Assembly: GCA_965287045.1 (NCBI GenBank)
Contig: OZ336885.1
Coordinates: forward strand, 64,418,001-64,482,000
Direction: 5' to 3'
DNA length: 64,000 nucleotides
From: Carcharhinus amblyrhynchos
Lineage: Eukaryota
Shown piece by piece: positions 50,091 to 62,699 of the stretch. Each line of letters starts with the position of its first letter. Positions within the stretch are counted from its first letter, which is position 1. A program made the translations under genes and the position numbers. Below the pieces are notes generated by a model, which saw nothing but the letters and a program-made list of their open reading frames with translations, did no database searches and had not been told where the DNA came from.

Positions 50091-50746
50091 CTTGTTGTTT
50101 TAAAATTCTGAACTGTCTGTCCAGCTCTAAATCAAAATATTGCATTGTCAGCTGGTTCTGATATATTCATTATTTCGAGCTTTCTAAGGACTATACTTTT
50201 TGATCTTGCTCAGTAATTTTCAGCAAATTTCAAATTAAAAGGCTATTGTTGACAATGTGCCTTCCATCAATACGCGATAATTTCTCAGATATGATTTCCG
50301 GCAAGGGACGCTCAATATTAAACGATCCCTCCAATACACTGCAAAACATTGTTTGCTTCACATTCGATTATGAGTTTGTTAAAGAGCCAAACTTATATCC
50401 GATGAAAATCGATCACAGAATTTGATCCGCTTTTTGACTACTGACACGCTCATGCAGATCTAACGGCTTTACATCGGCGTAGACGACTGAATGATGTGCT
50501 TGTGTTGCCCACTGCTTGCATTGATGGGATTGCATGCATTCCGGAAATCAGCGCTCAAACGGCTTGCTGCGCATAACAGCATTTCATATCTGTGACACAT
50601 GAATTTGGAGATTTTCCAAAAAAGAAGTGCAATCCGGAGTCAGTATTCTTACTTTCGTGTTCCTGGTGGAAGAAAAAGCAATGTTGGGCTGTTGAAGGTG
50701 ATGAAGACTGATGACTTATTGCATTGTTGTCCTTGAACTGAGGTAC
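50091..50746 (-). pseudogene. First Ig exon candidate: leader end plus two contiguous V-like domains
   Basis: gtttttcag|(G)TSVQG..SPTLLFLPPG..VRI..C..CYAQQ..DVKPLD, then IECEAN, VYWR and LEIMNISEPADNAIF. Donor AAG|gtaagc. Confidence 0.5.
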
Positions 50747-51859
50747 CTGAAAAACAACAACTGTACCGATGTTTCTCCCTGCGGGGCACACCATCATCCG
50801 ATATCCACAAACCACAAGTTTAGGGAGCGCTGCTGGAAATTTGACGATATCAAATGGTTGATACTAGACTTCCACCTCCATTCAGGAATTGCCCGCGCCG
50901 ATGGATGTTCGAATTGTGAAGATAATGTTTTCCTACTTTCAGTTACGTCGAGGTGAACATTAAATTAGTGTCAGTGATCAGGCTGTTTGTAAACAAGTGT
51001 CACTGGTGAGTTGTCCTGCTTTACTGTCCATCACGTTCTCATGATGAAGAACAGAATGATCAGCTGATAAGTTGTCAGGTAGGATTTTGTTAACTTGTGT
51101 CTGTGTAGAACATACCTGGCCGTATTTTCAACATCGGTGTGTTAATGCGAGTGTTGTACTTTACTTGATGAATGGCGCACAGTGTTTTCTATGTTCTCGG
51201 CTCATCAGCACTATGGCCGCGTTCTTACTTGGGCACAATCCGCTTCCGCCTGAATTTTGGATTCAAGTGAGTAAGAGCTGCATGAAATAATAGACTGGAC
51301 GTGCTTAAATTTTCCCAACTATTTGTCTCGTCTTCATCACAATGTGTATATTTTATTTCCATTCAGCTCAGGTTCGCCGACTGATTTATGGACTTCATAT
51401 GCATTGCTTTCGTCGCTTTTGCCCTTTAATTCTGGAGGCCAAGATTAACATTCCACTTTTACCTGAAATTATGCATTTTGCGTTGCAAGTTTTCTTTATC
51501 TACTTGAAAATTCAGGGTATTTGAACTCCAAATTAACTTGTGCCAAGAAAATACTTGTTCTAGCTCGATGATCGTTTTCTGGTCTCCTTTCCAATGTTGT
51601 CTCAATTTAATGTAATATTTAACGGATTGCCGTCATAATTAATCATATTGCACATATTAATATTGTGCACTTATTATTCGTATTTTCAAATCATTCAGGA
51701 ATAACACTGCCTTTGCTGAAAATATGAGAAGCTCGCATAACCATCAAGTCAAATGTGCGAGATAATGCTAGTTTGTATTGCAAATTTCAGAAACAATTGA
51801 CATTGAAATGCTAAAAAAAACGCATAACATGTGTCACATTGTTCATATAAAAAACATGA

Positions 51860-52180
51860 AATGTTTGAATGCCTCCAATGAATAAGGAGGCAATTTGGCC
51901 CCTCGAATCCACACCTAATCTCCCTCTACTTTGACATAATCCACCAGCCAAACCGCAAACCTGCAAATGTTCCATGGGGTGCTCATATATCTTGCCGAGC
52001 CTTGCATGTAAAGGCGGTAATTGAGCAATCCAATTCACATCTTTCGAAACCGGGGCTTTTTGAGGAGAACAAGGTGAGTGCGAAGAGAATGCGCAATGTG
52101 CACAGAGAGTCGTAAGAAGCCGGCACCCAATTAATTTTCTTGGCGTGCTGAGACGGCATTGCTAAACACTGTACCACCGG
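51860..52180 (-). mobile_element. Degenerate HE1-like SINE
   Basis: Reverse complement head ggtggtacagtgtttagcaatgccgtctcagcacgcc. Confidence 0.55.
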
Positions 52181-52299
52181 GTCAAAATGGCACTTATGTC
52201 CGTTACGGTCGGCGAAATACTAAATTGCATTTATTCCCTGTCAAAGTATCAGAACATATGCTAATTAGTAAAACAGAAAGTCGATGAAGCAAGCAGTCG

Positions 52300-52535
52300 C
52301 TGGCAAAAGGCAAATTACTGCGGATGCTGGAAACTGAAACCAAAAGTAAGAAAACACTGGAAAACCTCAGTTGGCATTGCAGCGTCTAAAATGAGAGATA
52401 AAAGCTGGTGTTTCGAGTCCAGATGACCTTTTGTCAATGCTTTGACAAATGGCCGACTGGACTCGAAAAATCAGCTCATTTCCCTCCTTACAAATGCTAT
52501 CAGACTTGCGGAGATATTGCAGCGCTTTCTCTTTA
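52300..52535. repeat. Imperfect palindrome of Penelope-type terminal repeats
   Basis: tttcgagtccag..ttgtcaa / ttgacaa..ctggactcgaaa centred near 52440. Confidence 0.65.
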
Positions 52536-54467
52536 GGTGCACACAATCAATGATAACTTGTCTGTTCAGTAGAGCCTAAGGTTTTCTTTTAGACCATGAA
52601 GTAAAGTTATTTTTGTGGGCAAGAAATATTGTCAACACAATCCAAATGGTCGGCACGAAAGAAAAACAGTTGCACAAAGTAATTATGCAGCCCCACCGGT
52701 CTTCAATTATCATGGGGAGTTCAGAAAATTTGGCAGCAGCTATCTCACTTTCCAGGTTGTTCAACTGAAATTTCTCTTTAAAAAGAAAATCAGCGTTTAA
52801 CCTTCTGCTTGTTCTGACAGCAGCTTTTTTTTTGGTATCTTAGTCAAAGCAGGCAACAGAAATAATAGTGATCTTAGCAGCTTAACCTATATCATCTGAG
52901 AGCAACTAATTAGGTTTGAAAGATGTATTGCAGCTATTAATCGTCAGTAAAACTAGGTTTCTGTCTTGTTGCAGCAGGCAGCTCCTGATTCACTTTCCTA
53001 CAGTGGGACTCAGTCCTGTCGAGCATACAGCAAATTGCAGAAGCCACAAGCGTTCCTTACAGTAGCTTTAAATTGGAAGCTGCAGCATTTTGTCATTCAG
53101 CCTTCAAAATTGTTGCGTTTGCCCACCTGAAGCTTATGTTTTTTTTTCCCTCTGGAAGTAGATTTCTTCTACCTGAATGAAACTAATCTTCGGAACTTAA
53201 TTAAAAGTGGGAGCTACTCTGTTATTTTTTTTTCATGGCAACGTTCGACACGAACGGAATTGTATGCCTTGCCAAAAAAATGTCACTGTCCATCCTTCCT
53301 TCCTAAACTATGGCGTGAGAACACGTCAGAAACCGGACACACTTGCTGATCCCTGATACCTGTGTTCTGGCGCCGATGTCCCATTTTCACCAAATACTGG
53401 TGAAATTTGAAGGATAGTTTGCGTTTCAACACATTTAAACTGTGCCAAACATACGCTTTTAGTCATGGTAGTATTCAGGACTTGACAACTTCCAATTGAT
53501 ATTTAACATAACTTGAGCGTTCTTCAGTTCTATAATTTGTTTTTTTTTTCAACTTGCACCCTGAGATGTTTCGTTAATTCGTGTGAAGAAGCGCAAACCA
53601 TGTTTCTTGCTGCATCTTCTTTGTAACAAAAAATGAATAACTCCCATGGTGGTGACATTGTTCTAAATGTAACAGGAGGGAACAATTTCCCGTATGCCTG
53701 TGTCAAATTTATCGTGTGATACGTTAAGATCGTGTAACATATATGCTGTACAATAACCTTTTCTCTGATGCCAAAACCAGAGACTTCAGTGATTTTTTTT
53801 TAATTATTTGTTTTATCTTAAGATGCTGCGCACAAATTCGAGTTTACTCAATTCATTACCGTAAGTTAAATACAAACTTCATCTCCGTTATGAATGTAAT
53901 TACTCCGTCATTAAGTTTTCATCACTGACCTTCTTTCTGCCTCAGGTATACAATCTCTGGACCTATGGAACAATTAAGATAATGTATTCACAAAATATTA
54001 ACAGCGAAAAATGTTTTACACGAAACGACACAAAATGTAAGGAACTGTATGTATTGATAATAGGGTCATCAAGAAGATTCACTTAAATGATGAAAGCATT
54101 CACACGAACACCTGATACGTCTTAGTTACTGTATTTCGTAACGTATATTGACCTGATTTGTCCTTTGCGCTGACTTTTATGACACAAATACAGGTGGATG
54201 CAACTGCAGCTCCTTCAGTTCTCAATGTACAGAAATATAGTAAAAAAAACCATAAAGATCAAAGATATTCTTCATCATTAAGGCGAGTCCAAACGGCATT
54301 TCCAGAATGTCGGTGAAAACGTATTCAATGGCGACAAATAACGGTCTTCATTTTTTCTCAGTTGTCGTGCAACCTAAGTAAAAACAAAACGGCGAGCGTA
54401 TATGAAAAACAGCTCATGCGTATTTTTTTGTTGGTATTGTTCTGCATGACTTTCAATGTTGTTGCAT

Positions 54468-54517
54468 CTTCATTATTCTTATTATTCTTATTATTCTTCT
54501 TCTTATTATTATTATTA
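54468..54517. repeat. (TTA/TTC)n microsatellite
   Basis: Directly visible. Confidence 0.85.
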
Positions 54518-55329
54518 AACTCCTAATCGATTACGATGCAAGAATACTAATTATTTTGAAAACAATATTGAAAAAGCAAGTCAGGACGCTGAAGGATGCT
54601 AATCCGTGTCACCCTTTCCTACTGGTTTTCACAAAGTGAAATCATATACAAAATTATCCTGCATCGTGTTTCAGCACTGTCTGCTCCGTAACGAGATATG
54701 CAAGTTCAAATGTAAGACGAAAGGCGTGCCAATGTTTGCAGCGTCCTTGTGGAACAATGGATGAATGAGCATTTTTTGTTTCCCCTGCTTCATCGTTACT
54801 TACACAGACAACAAAGTGAGCTGAGGTGGACGTCTTTTTTTAAAAAAAGTCAGTGTTAATGAATAAAACATAATGTTACAAAATTACTGTATAAGGATAA
54901 TGTGTACCTTTGTCAGGGTATCACTGAACATTTAGCTTCTGACGTGGCGCAGCGTGACCATCTGATTTTCATTTCTAAACTTTGACTGCAGTAAGTATTC
55001 CAAAACATGTCGCTGGGATGACATTTCTGAATATGCTGCTTTAACGTCTTCGACATATCTAGATTACAGCACAGCGGCTTTATCTATACTTCTAGAATTG
55101 CAATCGTTCAAAAAGACACTCGGCACAAAATTCTGATTGGGAACTAGCTGTGAACATACTGCTGTCGCCCACGTCCTCGAACTAAGTAGCATGCATACAG
55201 ATCTGCGGAATATTTTTTTTTCCACACATTTTGATGAGGAAGAATTGTGAATGGTCCGCTAAAGGTCTATCTGGTTCTGTCTGAAATCCCATACCTGATC
55301 AACTAACCTTTGTTCAGCCATTTTGTTAA

Positions 55330-55745
55330 TTAGCGAAAATTGCTTGTGGATGATGTGCAGGAGTGCTGAGGGTGTTGTTAAAGAGAAATGGCGTGACATG
55401 GCTTTTGCATACCATACATTGCCAGTGATTCAGCGAAAATTGTCCGTATCTGTCATGGGAAGATGGCAGGCTACGAACAAAGGGTGCGATGCGATTCAGA
55501 ACTTGGACTATTTAAAATGTATGTCATCTGGTAATCGGATATTAGGATTCTGTCTGTATTGCCTTCGATTTGTTATTCCTACCTCAGTATCTACGAAGCT
55601 CATACAGTCGTCGAGACAGAGGCTTACCGCACGAAAAAAAACTTTCGACCCAATTTGTCTATTCCACCTTTTTTTAAACACGAAGTCCAAGTTTGGCCAA
55701 CATTTGTCTGTAACTATTTTACCATGTAACCGATGCAACGGATTA
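55330..55745 (+). mobile_element. Very old CR1-like 3' fragment
   Basis: Degenerate IQRK..YEQR..LGL pattern. Confidence 0.4.
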
Positions 55746-56039
55746 AATGTATTTTAAAGTTAAAAAATGACCCCCCTCCCCCACCCACCCCACAACACCC
55801 TGTGGTAAGTTCTTCCAGAAAATCACAACCCCATGTGTTAAAAAACCCCGCCTTTTCCCTTTCGTTAATAAGAGAAAAAGAGCTGAATTGTCCTCCGATC
55901 CCCACATGGGCTTCAGGGAGGAGGTACTTAAATGGAAGTGTTGCTTGCCTGCGCCTTCTGAAGGCCAGTTCCTTCACTTTGTATTGAGCGATTGTTTTCA
56001 ATTTTTTTAACCGCTGTATTTGAAGAACAAATGACAGTA

Positions 56040-57270
56040 CAGCGCAGGAGCACGCACATCGGCCACGCAAGCCTAACCTAATCGCATTGTTCTGTCGAGA
56101 CCAAATGCTTGTATCTCTCTACTCTGGGTCTGTTAATACGTGCATCCAGTGAAGTTTTAAATTTTACCAACGTGTCCCCCTAAACAACTTCACTTGGGAG
56201 AGCATTCCAGGGCCGCATAACACTGTGTTTAAAAACAAAGTTTCACTCACAGAACTCTACTGAAACAACCCTATCTTAACCTTAATTTTTGCTCCTTTGT
56301 AATTATCATTCCTGCCCTGGGGACAAATAAATCTTCCAACTGTTCTCATAATAATTAAAAACAAATCTAGCAATTCGCCCTCAGCCTTCGTCTTCCCAGG
56401 GAGACCAATCCCAGCGTCTTCAAATTCTCCTCATGGCTAGTCATCTCCATGCCAGGCAATAGCTTGTTTTTGTTTGTGTACTTCCTCCAAAGTATCCATG
56501 TCCTTCTGACAGTGAGGCCACGAAAATTGCAACATTATTCCAAATGTGGCCTAGGCAACAATTTATTACACTGTAAGATAATTCGGCAACTTGGCAACTT
56601 GACGCCTCAAAAGATGAAGGACTGCTTGTCATCTGCTTTTTTTCACATTTTCCGCCTATGTTGTCATTTCTAAGTACACCTGAACCGATATTCCCGGATC
56701 TCTGAGTATGTCTACGCTCCTTTTGTTTCTGACTATTAATCTTACAACTTGCAGTGAATTGGATCTACCGAAAAGCATTCACCTCGCAGTTGTGCGGGCT
56801 AAATTACGTCTGACATTTCGCGGCAAAATTTTTCAGCCAATCAACATGTTGCTGTTTTCTGACAACTGCCATCACTATGCACAATTCCAGCCATCTTCGT
56901 ATAATCTGCAAACGTGATAACCAGACAAGCTGCGCCTTCTTCCATGCCATACGTACGTAATAAGCAAGGGGGATGCGAAGACCGATCCCTCGGGAACACT
57001 ATCGATAGCAGACATCGATTCAGGAAAAAAAAAACCCTTCCACCGTTGTCCTGTGGCGTCTGTGGACATGCCAGTGCCGAATCCATCTCGGTACTTCACT
57101 TTTGGTCTCGTGTGATTTAACTTTCTGGGAAAACGTGCAATGGGTCTCCTTGCCAAATGTTTTACTAAAGCCCATGCATACAAGATCCACGGCCCTTTCC
57201 CCGTTAATCATTTTCACGACCTTCTCAACAAATTAAATCTAATTAATGAAACAAAACGTCCCTCATACTA
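56040..57270 (-). mobile_element. Old CR1 RT/3' remnant
   Basis: AVDLVCMGFSKTFGK, VPEGSVFASPLL and TFADYTK. Confidence 0.8.
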
Positions 57271-58815
57271 AACCTTTAATATATTTCATGTTCAAACTGA
57301 ATATTTTCAGAAAATTAACGGTTGAAAATAATTGTTGAGTTTATACAAGAACAGAGTTGCTGGCATACCGTGTGTTCTGGACCAGTCATGATCCGGTAAT
57401 GGCGTCATCACTCAGCGTCTCCACGATCAGCTATTTCATGACATTGAGCGAATGAAATGGTTGAAAGCCAACACGTGATGCAAATTACCTGCACAGTTTG
57501 TCGAGCTGTCTTTTCAAATTGGTAATTCTTGCGAACGATTTTTGTGATTAGTTCAGCACTCTCTTTTGCAATAATGTGCGCCCTCCATCTCGTTGAGGAT
57601 ACGAATATTTGAGGGGTTTTTTTAACCTCTGCATTGTTCAGTTGCTGAACTCCGTTTATGAATTCAAAATGCTGAACTACATTCCCTAGGCCTTATCGAG
57701 TAAATGATAAATATTTTCCTTGTCTGTTCTTTGGTGGTTATGCTATCTGGCTTGCTGGTAATTCTGTGTAGTAATTCGCGAGGCTGGCATTTCGTTAAAG
57801 CGTTTGGTTTGGGCTTGGACAGCTGCACACTTCATTGTCCATCTTGGATTATCTGCTTTGTTAATCATGACACAACAGAAGGACGACGAGCTGTTCAGCC
57901 CCAGAACACACTCTGCCATTTCATATTATTATGGGTGACGTCGTCATGGCTTCCCAATCCACTTGTCTGCCCATTCGCCATATCTCTTCAAGCCCTACCT
58001 AATTAGAATATTGCCCACAGATTTCATTTGTATTTATCGGCAGTTCCGTTGTCGCCAACAACGATACCACTCAGTATCCAGTACATAAATAGTCCACGTG
58101 GAGGCGTGATACATTGTCAAGTTGAGGATACGCTCCCCATTTTTGGGTGGCACAAGTCATAAATCAGACACTTCAACATTTGAAGTGTACTGAACTGTGC
58201 GGTTTGCTCTACTGTGGATATTGATAGTGATTGCACAAAATTGATGAAAGGAGGCTGGAATATTCCTCGAGTTTCAGATACCTACGTGGTTCTGTGCGAC
58301 CGATATATTTTCGTAAATCTTCTGTAAATTGCATCATTTCCTTATCTCAAAAGAAAACTCACCTTTCTCCCCACATTTAGCTTTGTACTCTGTAACAAGG
58401 TGTGAGAACGAATGGTCAGCATTTATAGCCCAGTGGATTTTATTAACATATGCAAAGTTTGCAGATGGATATTATCGAACTTTGCAAAAGAAACTAAGTG
58501 AAATTACTTGCAATCATGTCGTTCAGTTGTCTCTCTGAGGCAGTGAAGGAAATTCATTACATTGTCAGTTAAACACACCACGTGAAAGTTCAGTAAACAA
58601 GAACCGATCTGCAAATTCCAAATCCTCCCCCGCCCCTCTCTCTCTCCACCCTCACCAACCCCGCCCCCAAACCGCCTCTTTATCTCTGTCTTTCTTTCTT
58701 TTCACTTTCCCCTTTTCCCAGTCTTTAATGGCCAAATGACACTTCAGGACTGGATGATCAAATAGGCCCTCGATTTTCAAACAAGCGTCATATAGTCGAC
58801 AACATCGATACTCAC

Positions 58816-59030
58816 CTTTACAGTTGGAAGGACAGGAGTAATGACATTCACTACATAGAGACAGATACGTGATAATGCACGAAACTGCAGTAAGGGTAAA
58901 CATCGCAGGAGCAACATAACATTTCAGCACTCCTCCTTTTGTATTGGCGTGAAGGAGTCCTGTTCCAGTGTACTTACTGCCTGCTGGCAAAAATGGAACA
59001 CCAAGGGTATTCCATTCATTCCAGGTAAGT
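58816..59030 (-). pseudogene. Candidate 5' (leader) exons
   Basis: Donor GGCA|gtaagt near 58976, and a 35-nt ctctatgtag|...|gtgagt segment at 58816-58850 with MSLLLSFQL in one frame. Frames do not join cleanly. Confidence 0.25.
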
Positions 59031-60239
59031 GAATGCAAACATTTTGTAGCATGAAAATGTTGAGTCATATATGCTTATTACCTCCTGAATATGAGTCCTC
59101 CCACAAAAAGAAAACAAAATACTGAAAATGTTCAGTTTATCATGATGACAATAATACGGTCAAGTTGTCATCCCTGTTTCAAACATGGCAGTCAGCAGGA
59201 ATTTAAAAAATGACACAATGTGATCTAATGATTTTGTGATGTATTTTTGGGTGTACTGTGGTCAACAACGATGAAACACTTTATCTCTGACTGCCGAAAT
59301 TGACACGCCAATCATTCGGATCCAAGATATGCTGGAAGTTTCAGCGATGGAGGAATATCCCCTGTTGCATTGTGATTTCAAGCAAATGCGAAAAAAAATA
59401 CAGATCACTAATAATGTTTTAAACCGGTTTTGAGTAAAACAGTTTGGATGTGTTAACTTGACAGATCGATTTCATATTTTTAATTGCAAATGACGTAAAT
59501 AGTCGTTTACTTCTCATTCTGTACATTACGCTGCATATAACTTAGAGCTGTGGAAGTTGAAGAAACACATCGCAATGCCAATTTATGCTGCAAAGTAAAA
59601 CAAAAGAGCAAAAATAATTTTAAATGGGAGGAAAAGAGAAGAATCTGGTGATTCTTCGGGTTGGGGGAGGAGGTAGAATGGAAACAGGTCAACACCTGGA
59701 TGGACGCATATAGCGTTGCAGTTCTCGTTCATTTTGCATCTGCCTAACTCTGACATGAATTAAAGACAGGAGTCCCCAAAATTGGGTATCCTGCATTAGG
59801 GGAAACGGGGACGACTTTCGACCATTTCGTTAACTGCTCTTGTTGAATTGCATCTTCATTGTTTGTAAGACAGAATAGATTCCCACGCGGTGAATGACAG
59901 ATAACGCGATTCAGCTGTTTCTAACTGACAATCAATTTCGCATGAGTACAGCGTACGCTCAATGCAGATATAGTTTCTGCCAACACACTATGAAGCCAGT
60001 TCGGAGATGTGTACAATCGGGGACATATTGAGAGTCACTCGGCCATTTCAGAATAAAAATCTGTTCAGACAATTGGTATAACAAAGCCAATTCGCACGGT
60101 AGGCAACACTGAATTTTGCAGACAACATATGTGGAAAGAAGGTATCAGTTCAGTTAGACTTACCTAATGATTTTATTCTATCTGAGAGATGAGCAACCTC
60201 TAAATGGAATGACGCACACATTTGCTCAGATTATATGGG

Positions 60240-60465
60240 TTGTCTTCTCAAATCGTTATGATCAAAAAGTGGTCAGACATGACATTCTATTTTCAACAAC
60301 TCTGCGAGTTCGCGGAGTGGACATTTACGCACGTAAACTGTAGGAAAATCAAATGGGCTGGGTTATTTGGGGTTAGAGAGATCAGAACCTGGGTTAGCCT
60401 GTTGTCGGTGCAGATGAATGGACCGATTGGTCTTCTGGGTGTCGATGATTCCATGATTATACGAT
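60240..60465 (+). mobile_element. Degenerate HE1-like SINE 3' part
   Basis: gtcggtgcaga..tggaccga.tggtctt tail. Confidence 0.45.
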
Positions 60466-61669
60466 TCAATTGAATTCGATAATTGAGTACAAAATATTGA
60501 TACGTATATCAATAATCAATTTCCTTTGAAGACGAGCGTTAAGATACCTGAAGTACTTAACAATCGAACAACGTTTTGAGCCACAAATAGAATCATCACC
60601 CAAGTTGCGTGGAAAACGCAACTTCATTTTCAGCAAAATTAGCTCAATGCTCTCTGGACATTACTCGTTTAACAAACAATTAACCACATCGTGCAATGAT
60701 TGTGTTTGCTGCATTTAATTATCGTAAATGTTGCTTTAGATGAATTAAGATGGCATATATGCGGCCACCACGTAGACATATTGCCTCCGATTCTCTACAC
60801 TGCAGAGGGTTATTTTATTTAATCGTTTCTTCGAAAGAACCTCGTACTTGTGTGCACACCACCGCATGCCTTATCACTGTGAGTCCACGCATTTACGCCG
60901 GCTAATTCGTACATACTAAACGTCTTTGCATTCCAGAGCTCAGTTGGGTAGGGAGAACTCCTGAATGCCTTTGGAATGGGCTGGTGTGGATGAGGTATCG
61001 CATGTAGCACAGGTAAAACCAGGACATTACTTTTTCCTATACATGAGAGATTGGAAATGCAATGTTGTAATTCACTTGCGCACTTACAGAGTTAAAAAAA
61101 AACACACTTGCAGCATTTAAATAATGATTTGAGCCAATGTCCAAATGAATTTCTAAAATTTTTGAGATGTCGATAATCGTGTTTTTATTCAACGTGAATG
61201 TCTCAATCATCATAGAGCAATTTGCATTTATTGTTGATATTTGCAGCAGTTATATCAGTGAAGTAAGGCAAGTATGACATCAAGGTGGGTAGGTAGTATG
61301 CAGAACAAAAAGCAAAGAATAACCCATTTGAATCTATCAAAAATGAAACACAGACCTTTGGTTTATGACATCATAATATTGCGAACTCAAATCAGATGAC
61401 ACGTTGTTGATTCAAAGTTGGTTAGTGTTTTTTGAAGCGTGAAAATGTGGGCTCGACATGTTTGTCCCAGCAAACGTTGCTTCATATCCACACTTTCCAC
61501 GTCCAGAACACTGCGACGAAAAGCTGAATGTGAAACACAGTGACAGGTGAAAATAATTTGCTTTTCAGGGAAAAGATGGACAATATAATGAAAGTTTTTT
61601 TAATTTAAAAAAGGTACTGGAATAATTCTGCAAATTGCGAACACTTCAATTTTGTAACGCTACAAGTTA

Positions 61670-62409
61670 CATTAATGGCGATCCATGCCCACTGTCTTGA
61701 ACTCATCACGTCTTCTACCTCCCTATCCAGAACTGAATATATCTTCATCGGTCACTTGCTGTGTTCAATGTGTTTGTTTTTGAATGGTTATTCAGTTTTA
61801 ATGCTGCCATCTGAGACGAGAAAGACTATGTGTTTTATTATGATTATGATTATGATTATTATTATTATTATTTCTGCTTTCCTCCTTGCTCTCCGATTGT
61901 CCACGATTCGTTTTATTCTGCATGTGAAGCCTGCAACTGAAACGTTATTTCTTATTCATATACGCCCAGCAGCTGTTACAGAATCCAGTGGATATGCTGG
62001 ACAATCTGATTGTCTTCTGTGTATTCGGTATTGCATTCCAAATCGTGCTATTTTAATTCACAGTGTTTTTTTTGTTCTATATCTGAAAGAGAAATGGTGA
62101 AACTATGAAGTGATTATATTTCATTCAGCCACAGCTATATTCCTGCTCTTACCTTTCTCTTTTCCAGCCAGGTCGATTCCTATTACATTGTTAGAGTGTG
62201 GTCAATGAGGATATGCAAGATTCTCATCGGAACAAACGTTAAATTATGCCCTCATTTTCAATGGGGCAGCAAAATTCAAATTCTCATAACGTCTCTCAAA
62301 GAAGTTCGGAGATCCACTGTAGCAGTTGGCGCATTGTAAACCATACTGGATGTACTGCCGATGCTCACCGATGGGTAACCAAACAATATAACGCTTATTT
62401 GTGCCAAAG
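61670..62409 (-). pseudogene. Second remnant: EGF-like exon, 27-nt micro-exon (62153-62179), Cys exon, next exon
   Basis: D..PIGEH..GLQCANCYSG; aatag|(G)IDLAGKEK|gtaaga; tctctttcag|DIEQKKHC..LEC; ctcgtctcag acceptor at ~61812. Confidence 0.4.
61838..61872. repeat. (ATTATG)/(ATT)n microsatellite
   Basis: Directly visible. Confidence 0.8.
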
Positions 62410-62699
62410 TCTTCGAAAGACAATGAAAAGACGCATGGATACATGCACCATTCCATGTTATTGGATGAAATGGTCATATTCGCCAAAGGCTAATAATTTG
62501 TCGCCAACAATGGAAGTTAAACTGAAAACAGATTGGGGGCCAGGAGGGGAGAGGGGGCGTGGGAGGGTGGCAGGTGGTCCTCCCAAAAGAGTTCGAAGTG
62601 CGGATGTGGAGGGAAATACGGGGTAAGTCACGACTCTTTCTTCAGTGGGTCATCAGACTCGAATCTCCCGCATTCTGTGCAGTGCGAAGGATAAATCGT

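Larger units (their letters stand above)
60..50746 (-). pseudogene. Giant decayed IgSF receptor gene (many V/VJ and C1-set domains, mucin micro-exons, EGF-like exons); possibly an ADGRE-like adhesion GPCR continuing beyond the window start
   Basis: Co-oriented series of ~320-370 nt segments with C1 or V motif remnants, several bounded by pyrimidine-AG and GT. They are followed by phase-1 micro-exons and EGF-like exons. Stops and frameshifts throughout. That this is a single gene is inferred. Confidence 0.6.

Noticed and set aside
50653-50746. Stand-alone 94-nt exon ending at gtaaga
   Set aside because: It is not frame-preserving, and V-like motifs continue past the apparent donor.
20254-50746. 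Conventional functional IgM, IgW or IgNAR cluster
   Set aside because: No intact exon, RSS, D segments or TM/secretory exon was found, and the V/C order does not fit.
52740-53200. Lymphoid promoter (ETS/IRF-like words)
   Set aside because: Short motifs are expected by chance and no convincing leader exon is adjacent.
61530-62070. CACAGTG heptamers as recombination signal sequences
   Set aside because: No nonamer at 12/23 spacing and no adjacent V or J segment.
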